64,000 nt of DNA, taken from NCBI RefSeq assembly GCF_006345805.1, contig NC_043005.1:52762001-52826000 (forward strand), written 5' to 3'. Of the stretch, positions 52,463 through 64,000 are shown in pieces. The notes below the pieces were generated by a model, which was given only the letters and a program-made list of their open reading frames with translations, had not been told where the DNA came from and ran no database searches. Numbering within the stretch: the first letter of the stretch is position 1; the number at the start of each line of letters is the position of its first letter. The stretch is from Octopus sinensis (lineage: Eukaryota). The position numbers and the translations under genes are program-made.

Positions 52463-53272
52463 TAAGTTGGCCTGCTTGGGTGGTAGTCTTAATCCATTGT
52501 CCAGTCTAACACCACTGCTGCTTGGTGCAGTCTTCTGATTTTCCAATTTCTTTCAAGTCATCCAGCACATGCCGGTATGGAAAAACAGGAGTGGCTGTGT
52601 ACAGGTGTAGCTGTGTGGTTAGAAGTTTGCTTCCCAACTACATGGCTCTGGGTTCAGCTCCGCAGTGTGACACCTTGGGCAAGTGTCTTCTACTACAGCC
52701 TCAGGCCAACCAAAGCCTTGTAAGTGTAGCCGGAAACTGAAAGAAGCCCATCGTATATATTTATATATATATGATAAAGTAGTTGTATACCGTCAACTTA
52801 ATGTGACAGTCCCATGAAGGGAATAATACTACCACTATTTAGCCCTAGGAAACACCAACGCTTTCTGTCGGCCTTGACACATTTCCTGTGCCCTTATGTT
52901 TACAAAGGGGAGATAAGCACCTCCACCCTGCTAAGCCTGCATCCAGAGACTAGTTTCTGAGTCTTTGCTCGTCATCAGTCTGGATCTTATGATCATGTGC
53001 TGAATACCCTAACCATGAAGCCATGTGCCTGTCTTTCATCTTCAGTCATTTCACTGTGGCCATGCTGGGGTTTTGTTGTGTAGAATTTTCATTTGAATGA
53101 ATTGACCCCAATACTTATTTTCTGAAAAAAAAAAAACTTGGTACTTATCAATTGGTTCCTTTTGCCCAACTGCTAAATTACAGAGATGTAAACACACCAT
53201 CACCGGTTGTCAAGCAATGATGGGCTGGATAAACACAGACACAAAGAAATAAAAGCATACACACACACACAA

Positions 53273-53304
<32 letters not shown>

Positions 53305-53483
53305 CGATTGGTAGATGGAAACTGAAAGAGACCTGTTATATATATATATCAGAGCTGAGTGAACTGGAGCAAAGTGAAATAAAGTGTCTTGCTCAAGAAC
53401 ACAACATGCAGCCCGGTTCGAGATTAAAACACACAACCTTACGATCATAAGCTTGATGCTCTAACCACTGAGCCATGTGCCTA

Positions 53484-53519
<36 letters not shown>

Positions 53520-53916
53520 CAGAGATGTACTCGCATAGCAAGTAATTTGATCTGAGATTGTGTACTGAAACGAAAACAATTGCAGCATGGAAGGTGTTTA
53601 TAAGCCATTTAAGAAACACACAAAAGCCATTTGATTCACTTCAACATTTAAGTTTAATTTGTCAAAATATTTTTGTCGCTAAAATCCGCGACCTGTTCAC
53701 TGACAAAAATCCGTGCTGCATCTCTGTATTGTATATATATATATATTTATATATATATATATGTATGTATGTATTTATGTATGTATGTATACACACATAT
53801 ATACACAAGTAGGACTGAACTCAGAACCATGTGGTTGGGAAGCAAACTTCTTACCACTCAGCCACTCCTACACCAACATATAGCAACACACTCACATGCC
53901 CCCCCCCACACACACA

Positions 53917-53963
<47 letters not shown>

Positions 53964-54532
53964 GCATGTTAATATCCTTTAGGTCAGGAGGGAAAACATT
54001 GCCATTAAGATTTCCAAATGGTTCCATTGTCCACTTTACTGTTAAAATTACCGTTATAAAATTGGTCTTTTACTCATATTCTTTACCGTTCCATTCACCT
54101 AAAGATGGCACATTTCACAGAAACAACTAATAAAAATGTCAAAAAAAAAATGTACATATATAAAAGAAAAGTGACTAAAAAGAAAAAGTGGAAACACTGA
54201 CTTCATACAATCATAAACTGTTTTGGTATTGGGTCAGACAATTAAATTAAAAAACATTTGTAACCACTGATGAACAAAATAGAAGAAAAATAAGAAAATG
54301 ATTTCTTATTATATTTACTGTCTCAATTATGATATTTCTTCCCAAAAGTTTCATAGAAGAAAAATAAGTTCTTGTTTCAGTTTCACCATTTTGTATATCA
54401 ATGATAATTACTTGGCAGTGAAGGAGATGAAGATGAAGATGAAGATGATATTAACAGCCGAAAACAACCCAAAGAACTTTCTGATGGCTTCTAACTTAAT
54501 TTGTCGTCTCATAAAATAAAACAAAAAAATAT

Positions 54533-54581
<49 letters not shown>

Positions 54582-55714
54582 CAGTATATGTATGTATATA
54601 TATGTATATATGTATGTATATATTTGTGTGTATGTATATATATATATATTATATACCACAAAAAAAAGGCAAAATAAAGAACTGCTAAAAAAAATATATA
54701 GATGTATAACCTCCTGTCTCTCTCACTTTCTCTACTGCCACAAATTCTTTGAAATAATATAAAACTTTCTAAAGTACACTTTAGAGTGTTCAATTTGGCA
54801 AATTTCTTTATTCTCTCAAAAGTTGCGAAATAGAAATATCATGGAAACATGATAAAGAAATTGAAGAAAATGAAATAAATTTCAGAGACAATTTAGTTTT
54901 TAAGTGAAAAATGAATAAATAAATAAATAGTGTATTTCTTCAGCTAAAAATATAGAACCATTTTGGTTCTGAGAGATTTTTCTTCTTTTTTTTTTAAGTT
55001 ATTTCTTTTCTTTTCCAAATTCTGCCAAAGAGTTGTTTTTTGGTAATGTAGTCACAAAGTTCAAGTGAAATTCCCTAACAAGCCAAGGTGTGATGTAAGC
55101 CAAGTGTCACAAGCTGAGCAGGTTTTGTATGATAAGAAATATGCTTCCCAAACACATGGTTCTGGGTTCAGTCCCACCATGTGACAGCTTGAGTAAGTGT
55201 CTTCTACTATAGCCTTGGGCTGACCAAAGCCTCATGGGTGGATTTGGTAGATGGTAAATGCCAGAAGCCCATTGTATGCATGTGTGTGTGGGGGGGTGTT
55301 GTTTGAATCTGTGTTTATCCACCACCTCTGCTTGACAACTGGTGTTGGTGTGTTTTCGTTCCTGTACTTAATGGTTTGGCATAAAACTTATAGAATAATT
55401 ATGAGGCTTTAAGAAAAAAATAAGTACAGGGATCAATTCATTTGACTCAAAATTCTTCAAGGCAGTACCCCAACATGGCCACAGTCTAATGACAAGATAA
55501 AAGATGTCATCTTCAAAGGACAGAAGCTGGTAGAAACAAGGACACTTCACCTATTTTTGTAGTATAATTAGTAACAGGTTCATTAACAAACTGGACCACC
55601 AAATGAGCAAAGTCAACCCAACATTTGGTAAGTTGTGAGAATAAGTGTAGAGCAATAACGAAATTACAGTCCAAGAGAATTTCTCACATAAAAGCACCCA
55701 TAATAAAGAACCCA

Positions 55715-56309
55715 TGTTGGTGCCATGTAAAATGCCACTGTGCTGGTGCCACATAAAAACTATCCATGCTGGTGCCACAGATAACACACCCATACAAGTG
55801 CCATGTAAAAAGTACCTGTGAAAAGCCACCATGTGAAAAACCCCAATGTGAAAAACCCCCATGTGAAAAGCCCCCATGCTGGTACCACATAAAAATCATC
55901 TGTGAAAAGCCCCTGTGTGAAAAGCCTCCATATGAAAAGCTCCCATGTGAAAAGCCCCCATGTGAAAAGTCCCCATGTGAAAAGCCCCCATGCTAGTACC
56001 ACATAAAAAGCACCTGTACTGGGGCTATATAAAAAGCACCATACTGGTACCATGTAAAGAGCATCTGTACTGATGCTGTGTGAAAAACCATCATGTTGGT
56101 TCGATATAAAAAGCACCCATGGTGGGACCATGTGAAAGGCATCCATATTGGTACCATGTAAAAAGCACCTATGCTGGTGCCATGTAACAAAGCAATCAGT
56201 ACACTCTGTAATATGGTTGGCCTTAGGAAGGGCATCCAGCTTGCCAGGTATTTCCAAACTGTCTAACCCATACCAGCTTGAAAAAAGGGGGCATTAATGA
56301 TGAAGATGG

Positions 56310-56347
<38 letters not shown>

Positions 56348-56650
56348 TTGACGATGTTGATGATGAAGTTGACGATGATGATGGTGATGATGATGAAGTT
56401 GACCTGCTTGGGTAGTAGTCTTAACCCATTGCTCAGTTTAGCACCACCAATACCTGTCTTTCGCGTTTATCCTGGAGTGACTTCAAACTGAATCTAGTAT
56501 CGGGAATAAAGTGCTGGTGCCACATAAAAACCATTCATGCTGGTGCCACAGAAAAAGCACCCATACAGGTGCCATGTAAAAAGCACCTGAGCTGTTACCA
56601 CATAAAAAGCACCTGTGAAAAGCCCCCATGTGAAAAGCCTGTAAACTTCT
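55715..56650. repeat. Minisatellite of about 15-bp GAAAAGCCCCCATGT and about 24-bp TGCTGGTGCCACATAAAAAGCACC units around a family D element
   Basis: Repeated units at 55715-56180 and 56510-56640. Confidence 0.8.
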
Positions 56651-57166
56651 GAACCAGGGTTCAGAAGTTCCAGGATTTTAAAGTGCGTAGAGCCACCACT
56701 TAGCAACTTAAAGTTTGCAGGTCTAATCTGACCCAGAGTAGAAGCAGTTGTCAGGGTTCCAGTTATAAGTTGATTAGCACATTAGGGCCTGCCTACCTAT
56801 GCTTTTGAAGACTGGATCTAACAAACTCTGATGGAAGAAACCTTCATGGTTTAATGGAGTTAAAGGTGTTTGCAGCAATGCATTGTGGAATGCAGAGAGC
56901 AAAATTAGGCATCTAAGAGATGTTGGTCATTCACTGCATCCATCTCTATCCCAAGTTGTTTTGATCTGACCTTACCACTGGACCGAAGATGATCATGGAT
57001 GAGAATGAGTGTGACAGCACACAAATCTTCTTCTCTTTAAACAAAATCATCAAGAAAATCATCTGTCATCTTTATTCATGGACACAACCCTACCGCAAGC
57101 ATTTAGGCCACATCTTCAGATTGAGAATACCTTTCTTTTACTCTCCCACCAATCTAGGAGGCCATG

Positions 57167-57214
57167 TACAAGGTGGTATCAAAATGTTCCTGGACGTTTT
57201 GATACCACCTTGTA
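57167..57214. mobile_element. 48-bp TIR-only mariner derivative (palindrome)
   Basis: TACAAGGTGGTATCAAAA-TGTTCCTGGACG-TTTTGATACCACCTTGTA; arms match the TIR at 58440-58471. Confidence 0.75.
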
Positions 57215-57601
57215 TAAAAAAGAATCCTGAGACCCCCTTCAGTCATGACTGACCGTGGGATTGCACCGAGAAAGTTACCCTCCCAGGCATGTCCAGGCAA
57301 GGTTGTTTATGGAAGCCCAGCAGTTGTCCATGCATACCGGCCTCCCCTTCCCATGCTACCAGTGTTATCCAAGGAAAAGGCAACAGCTGATACAGCTTAG
57401 CACCTGTGACATCACAACTCATTTCTACAGCTGAGTGAACTGGAGCAATGTGAAATAAAGTGGCTTGCTCAAGAACACAACATGCAGCTCAGTCAGGGAT
57501 TCAAGCTCACAACCTCATGATCATAAACTCAATGTTCTAACCACTGAGCTATGCACCTTCACCACGTATAGTAGAAAATAAACTTTTGATACCACCTCAT
57601 A

Positions 57602-58471
57602 TAATAAAGATACCATGTATAATAAAGAATAAATTTCTTTACAAAATTTTTAACATCATCTCCTTTGAAATAGTCACCTCACACAGCAATACACCATTCC
57701 CAGCATTCCTGCCACTTTTGAAATCCAGCCTAGGAGTCATTTTCTGTGATACGAGGACCTCCTGTGGTTTACTCTAGATCTCAACAATGAGATTAAAATA
57801 GTGACCTTTGAGCTGCATTTTCATCTTGAGGAAGAGATGGGAGTCTGCAGCTGCATGGGTGTGGAAGGGATACCATGTTGTTTTTGGCAAGAAACTCACG
57901 AGTGAGGAGTATTTGGAGAAAGGGTGCATAGTTGCCATGAAGAATCCATTTCTTCAAGTTCCACAGATCCAGTCACTTTTGCCAAACATCTACCCTCAAA
58001 TGCTTCAAAACATCATTGATTGTCTGCTGGTGGTCCTCATGAAGAGGCTGATGAATTTTCTTCCCATTTCCAGGGGTGATGCTCATGGCAAGTCTTCCAG
58101 ATCTCTCATTACCTTCCAGGGGGACATTCTTCTGCTTTTGAAGCACCCCTTTGCCTATGGCCCATTGCCTCATCACCATAAGCTAATGGAAGCATGCTCA
58201 ATGTCTCTGTGGCAGACTTCCCAAGATTAACACAAAATTTCACATTGGCTTTTTGTTCCAACTTTGTGTTCATAACAAAATTCGCAGTCTACAGCATACA
58301 CATGATCACAAAAAAAATTTATTTCATAACTTGTGAAGTAAACACAGCAATCTCACTCAGCATTCAACCACATGAAGGTCACTGCTAGCTCTCACTGCAC
58401 ACACAACTGTGTACTGCCATCTGTTGGTGCACTGCAGAACTAGTCTGGTAACTTCTTGATACCACCTCATA
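57602..58471 (-). mobile_element. Internally deleted, decayed mariner (Tc1/mariner) transposon
   Basis: - strand MNTKLEQKANVKFCVNLGKSATETL...AYGDEAM...ERSGR, then a jump to LKHLR...WILHGNYAP...ADSHLFLKMKMQLKG...DYFKGD; TIR ...GATACCACCTCA|TA. Confidence 0.85.
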
Positions 58472-59369
58472 AAAGAGCATGGGTACTGCCTTCCCTCATG
58501 ACCAAAAAGTACAAAAATAGAAAGCATAGCATTAGCACCCTTTTATATGAATAAGTGGTTTGCATATTTTATCTTTTACTTGTTTCAGTTATTGGACTAC
58601 AGTCATGGTGGGGCACCACTTTCAAGGGTTTCAAGCCTGACACTTATTTTGTTGTTCTCTTACATCAAACTGCTAAGTTCTGTGGATATAAACAAACCTA
58701 CACATATTGTCAACTGGTGGTAGGGAACAAAACCAAATACAAAGACACACAACACACACATACAATACATACAATGGGCTTCTTTCAGTTTCCATCTACC
58801 AAAGCCATTTACAAGGCATCTGGTTGGCCTAGGGCTAGAGTAGAAGTCATTTGCCCAAAGTGCTACATAATGGGACTGAACCCTTAAACATGTGATTGAA
58901 AAAGAAGCTTCTTGCCACACAGCCACAACTGTGCCTATACTATATTTTGATGCAAATAAGTGAAAAAACTGCATGAATTCTTGAAGACACACCTGAGACA
59001 GAATATGACCATCACCTGGAAATATAGAATCAGGAACACCCTTGTATTAGAGAAAAGCCAAGCTTCCTAGCATGGAAGAGATATTGGGACAGCATATCGA
59101 TTGAGGCATTTCCAAAGAATAATGAAGGTTCAATTATCAAGCAAATACCGTTTTCACAAATGGTTAGTGGTACTATATATTCTTGTACCCCAGTTGAGGA
59201 AATTCTGACTGAGATAAAAGATTAAAGGTTAAACACATGTGAACATTGATGCACACATAATAAATACTGTAACCCAGAATGGAAACCTGCAGAGGATAAT
59301 GATCCACATTTGACACAAATGAACAATACCAGCACAGAAAGGAGGACTCTAAATGATGTTGACAATAAC

Positions 59370-59449
59370 AACGGTAATGATGACAATGACAATGACAATG
59401 ATGATGATGATGATGATGATGATGAGGATGATGATGATGGATGATGATG

Positions 59450-59490
<41 letters not shown>

Positions 59491-59495
59491 AGTAT

Positions 59496-59526
<31 letters not shown>

Positions 59527-59715
59527 AGTGTTGATGATGATGATGATGATGATAGTGGTGGTGATGACGATGGTGATGATGAAGATGACAATGAGAGTGT
59601 TGATGATGATGGTGGTGATGACAATGGTGATGATGAAGATGATGATAAAGATGATGATGATGATGATGATGATAGTGGTGGTGATGACGATGGTGATGAT
59701 GAAGATGATGATAAA

Positions 59716-59748
<33 letters not shown>

Positions 59749-60613
59749 GATGATGATGAAGATGATGATGATGATGGTGGTGGTGGTGGTGGTGATTATG
59801 ATGATGGTGATGAAGATGATGATGATGATGGTGGTGGTGATGATGATGGTGATGCTGATGCTGACGATAATGACTCAACACTATACACATGGGTAGTCAT
59901 CGTCACAGACACATATGATGTTGTTGCTGCTGTCGATGTCGATGATGATGTTGATTGAGGTCAGTGGTGATGGCAGTGAAGAAGACCATGTAATGATGTC
60001 AGTGGTAGTGAAAGTAATAGCGATCATCATGATGGTGGTGGTGGTGGTAGTAGTAGTACTAGTAGTAGTAGTAGTAGTAGAAGTAGTAGTAGTAGAAGTA
60101 GTAGTAGTAGTAGAAGAAGCAACAGTAGCAGCAACAGTAATAATAGCAATAGCAGCAGTAGCAATAACAGCAGCAGCAGTAGTGGCAGTGGTAATAATTG
60201 TTAAATATTGGTGGTGGTGATGTTTGCTGTGATGGTATCAATGAAACTACAGTTAATAATACTACTGTTGGTACAGCTAGTGGTGGTGGTGGTTGTAGTA
60301 GTGGTAGTGATAGTTATGCTTGTAGTGGTGGTAATAGCAGTTTTGGTGGTGGTAGTAGTGGTTGTGGTGCCAGTTATGATAACGATGGTTAGTAGTAATG
60401 TTGAGGGTTAGGTGCTTCTGGTAGTATTAGTGGTGATGGTGGTGGTGATAATGATGATTGATAATAGTGTTGATGGTTAGGTAGTTGTCATGGAGATGGT
60501 GGTGGTAACTGTGTGGTGATGATAACATTGATGCTAATGATGAAGGTGATGATGAAAAGGTGACAATGACAACAGTAACAGATGATAACGATAATAATGA
60601 TGATGATGACGAC

Positions 60614-60672
<59 letters not shown>

Positions 60673-61070
60673 CGATGATGTTGATGGCAACAACAACAAC
60701 AATCATGATGACCATGATGATGATGATGATGTTGGTGATGATGACAACAACAATAATGATGATGACCATGATGATGATAATGACGATGATGATGATGATG
60801 ATGATCATCATCATCATCGTCATCATGACAGTTTCTATAAACTACACTCACTACAGAAGGCCTTTTCCAAACACATTCACCACTTACTCTCACCACCACC
60901 GAAATCACCACCCCCGCTGCTGCCGCTGCCACCACTGCCATCACCGTCACCAACACTGCCACGACCACCATCATCGCCACCAAGACCACCACCACCACCA
61001 CCACCACCATCATCATCATCACCACAACTGCCACCACCAACACCATCACCCTCTCCCGTCGTAATTCCCC
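59370..61070. repeat. Compound trinucleotide field (GAT/GGT/AGT), switching to CAT/CAC after about 60805
   Basis: Directly visible; internal repeat of about 120-bp period (59551, 59671). Confidence 0.9.
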
Positions 61071-62159
61071 ACTTACCCCCATGCCCTCATGCCACCACAT
61101 TCATCCAAACATGACAGAGACGATGGAACATTTCATCTCATTTCATTTCAATTTCCTCTTAAATTATCTCCTGTGACCAACGATCAGTATGCTGTAATAT
61201 TAAGACAAACATACGTAAAAACAGACTATAAGTTCGGTCATATTTCCTTCTAATGTCTGATACTTTTCAGATAATCCAACTTTCTATTGTTCCATGTTGG
61301 CATGGGTGAAGACAGTTCTGCTTGGACAATAACTTTGGCACCTTACCAAACACACAGTGATGCTTTTGGAAATTATTACTTCTTCTATACATATTTAACC
61401 AGTCAATAACTATTTTTCATAGACATAAATCAAAAAATGTTACAAGGTTTATAGTCAAGATATTCCTTTTCTGAATGAATTCTTGGAATTGTTCTAATTT
61501 ATCATTGCTTTCTTTCCTTGTTTCTTTCCATTTTTGGTATTTATTTGTAGTTAATGCCTATTTTGAGAGCATGGATGGTTGTAAAGTAGATAGGGTACTT
61601 AAATAGCCATCCAATATGTCAATGGTTCATCTCCTGTCTCCAGCTCTGTATTGTATTTGTGCCAAAGTCACTTAACTCTCAAATGGTCCGTCCAATTTAT
61701 TTGTTGCTGTTGTTCCTCTATCCCAGGTTAACCCTTGTTTGAATAGACCTATGACCAAGAGCACTACAACCATGACAAACCCTTTTGTCTTTTGTTTTTT
61801 TTCATAAGAGAGTATCCAGGATAGCCCTTCCTAACCTGCAATTCACAGATTTTTCTGAGGATCTACAAATACACCCAGGGGCTGAATTCAAAATTTGCTG
61901 AGTGATAGATCTTTCAGAATCCTGGGAATCCATGGAAAATTCATTTAAATGAAAGGGGTCCTTGATAGGGAGATGGTCAGGAACTATTATTAAATGCTCC
62001 CTTCCAATTTTGTAAAAACGGTATTGTGTGATTTGAGAGAGATATTTGGCTATCATTTCTTGCAGGTTAAGTGACCATACAGTGTAGCAGAGAGTAGGCA
62101 CAATGTTGTCGTCATTGTTGTTGTTGTCGTCGTCATTGTCATTGTCGTTGTCATCATCA

Positions 62160-62440
62160 TCATTATCATCATCATCAATTGTTTAACGTTCACCTTCCAT
62201 GCTGGCACAGGTTGGATGGTTTGATAGGAGCTGGCCAAGCAGAAGACTCCTTGGATGCCCTTCCTAATTCCAACCACCCAGCAGAGTGGATTGAGTGCTT
62301 TTTACGTAGACTGAGCACGTGCGAGGTCAGTTTTGGCATGGTCTTTTTACAGCTGGATGTCCTTCCAAATGCCAACCACATTGCAGTATGGATTGGATGC
62401 TTTTTACATGGCACCAGCACTGGCAGGGTCACCAAGCAAC
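62160..62440 (-). mobile_element. Family D retroposon
   Basis: (CAT)n then TTTAACGTTCACCTTCCATGCTGGCA...TTTTACATGGCACCAGCAC. Confidence 0.65.
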
Positions 62441-62995
62441 TTGCAAGACAAAGATTCTTTCAAAGGGGAGGGGACACTGGAGGAGGTGATCTTGTGTCAG
62501 ATGTGTGACTGAGGGAGAGAGACAAAAATTTACATGTTGTATATACTAACAGTTTCATAAAATTTACAAGTACATTGTTACCTGTAGTACTCGAGTTCGA
62601 TCTCCAGCCAGGGGAATTTTACCTCACTATATTGATTTCTCTACCCTTTATAAATACTAAATAGCAACAAAGTATCAAATTTCTTGCTGATATCTTTATG
62701 ATAAAGAAATTTAAGTCTCATCATTGCCCTGTTATGTACCTTTGAGCATACCATTTCCTCAGAGTTTCAATCTACTATTCAAAGCAAAAGGCCATGGGTT
62801 TACATTTCATCACTGGAACTGTACATTAGCGGTATTTCATATGTCTTTATGTTCTGAGTTGAAATTCCGCTGAGGTCGACTTTGCCTTTCATCCTTTCAG
62901 GGGTCAATAAATTAAGTACCAGTTGCATTCTGGGTCGATCTAATTGACTGGCCCCCTCCCACAAAATTTCAAATCTTGTGCCTAGAGTAGAAAAG

Positions 62996-63042
62996 GCAAT
63001 TGAGTAACTGAGCCTCTCATGGAGGCTCAGTTACTCAATTGC
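62996..63042. repeat. Perfect 21-bp hairpin with 5-nt loop
   Basis: GCAATTGAGTAACTGAGCCTC-TCATG-GAGGCTCAGTTACTCAATTGC. Confidence 0.9.
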
Positions 63043-63104
63043 AAATGCATTAGAGTTCAGTCAGGTGAATGACAGATGCCAAGTGCTTAATATACATTCT
63101 GTGA

Positions 63105-63430
63105 AGGCATATGGCTTAGTGGTTAGGGTAATTGGCTCATGACCATAAGGTCATGAGTTCAATTCCCGGCAACACATTGTGTCCTTGAGCAAGACACTTT
63201 ATTTCATGTTGCTCCAGTCCACTCGGCTTGCAAAAAATGAGTTGTACTTGTTTTTCAATGGGCCAGCCTTGTCACATTCTGTATCATGCTGAATCTTCCT
63301 GAGAACTATGTTATGGGTATGTCTGCAGAGTGTCTGTGGAACGGTCGGCCACTTACATGTTAATTTCATGAGCTGGTTATTTTGTTGATAGGATCAACTT
63401 GAACTTTCATGACCAACAGAGTGCCAGTCT
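63105..63430 (+). mobile_element. SINE family C
   Basis: Head GAAGGCATATGGCTTAGTGGTTAGGG...GAGTTCAATTCC; body as in 51468-51790. Confidence 0.78.
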
Positions 63431-63579
63431 AGTCTAATATACATTCTTGAAACCAAGGTCTTCTATGTGATCTGAGAAATCCCCACTCCAGTATGTTGTG
63501 TCTTACTACAAATCCTCTTCTGAAGGCTCAGATATTTAATTGGAATTTCATTAGAATTCCCTTAAGAAAACAGCAAGAG

Positions 63580-64000
63580 CTTTGTTGGTTCCTAGCCACA
63601 TAGTTCTGGGGTCAGTCCCCCTGCATAGTAACTTGGGCAACTGTCTTCTACTATAGACTCAGGCTGACCAAAGACTTGTGAGTGGATTTGGCAGATGGAA
63701 ACTGGAAGAAACCCATCGTATATGTATATATCTACATGTGAATTTGTGTCTATATTTGTCCCTCACCACTGCTTGACAACTGGTGTTGGTTTGTTTACAT
63801 TCTTGTAATTTAGCAGTTTGGCAAAAAGAGACTGATAGAATAAATACCACGTTTAAAAAAAAAATAGATAATTATAGGCATAGGAGTGGCTGTGTGGTAA
63901 GTAGCTTGCTTACAGACCACACGATTCCGGGTTCTACTACAGCCTCAGGCTGACCAAAGCCTTGTGAGTGGATTTGGTAGATGGAAACTGAAATAAGCCT
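63580..64000 (+). mobile_element. Two adjacent partial SINE family A copies
   Basis: Body at 63580-63850; a new head at about 63876 runs off the window. Confidence 0.7.

Noticed and set aside
60560-61114. 184-aa poly-D then Pro-rich ORF
   Set aside because: A (GAT)n tract followed by a CAC/CAT tract; overlapping ORFs in most frames indicate repeat origin
61802-62101. 99-aa non-repetitive ORF on the - strand
   Set aside because: No recognisable domain or splice context; this length is expected by chance in 64 kb

Overview
AT-rich animal genomic DNA, dominated by microsatellites and retroposons. The repeat families resemble, from recall, those of an octopod cephalopod; this is an inference, not a database result. 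There are no prokaryotic features, rRNA, true tRNA or CRISPR arrays, and most ORFs in the track are translations of microsatellites or SINEs. Host coding signal is limited to two + strand exons of an adhesion GPCR (12593-12664, 14267-14653; TM4 to TM7, with small indels) and a decayed retinol-dehydrogenase-like SDR fragment (8770-9066) held between inverted repeats. Mobile DNA includes four tRNA-type/SINE families (labelled A-D here), three CR1/L2-group LINEs (one near full length), an RTE 3' end, two R4/Dong-like RLE fragments in (AAT)n, Penelope-like remnants, an internally deleted mariner, a MITE and Helitron/Helentron-like ends. The most notable signals are: minimal type I hammerhead ribozyme folds inside a small tRNA-headed retroposon; a 3' stem-loop shared, with changed but still pairing stems, between two LINEs and SINE-A; an apparent (AAT)n-targeting retroposon pair; and the inverted-repeat-flanked SDR fragment. 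Near-identical duplicates differ by many 1-bp indels, so frameshift-based pseudogene calls may partly reflect assembly error.
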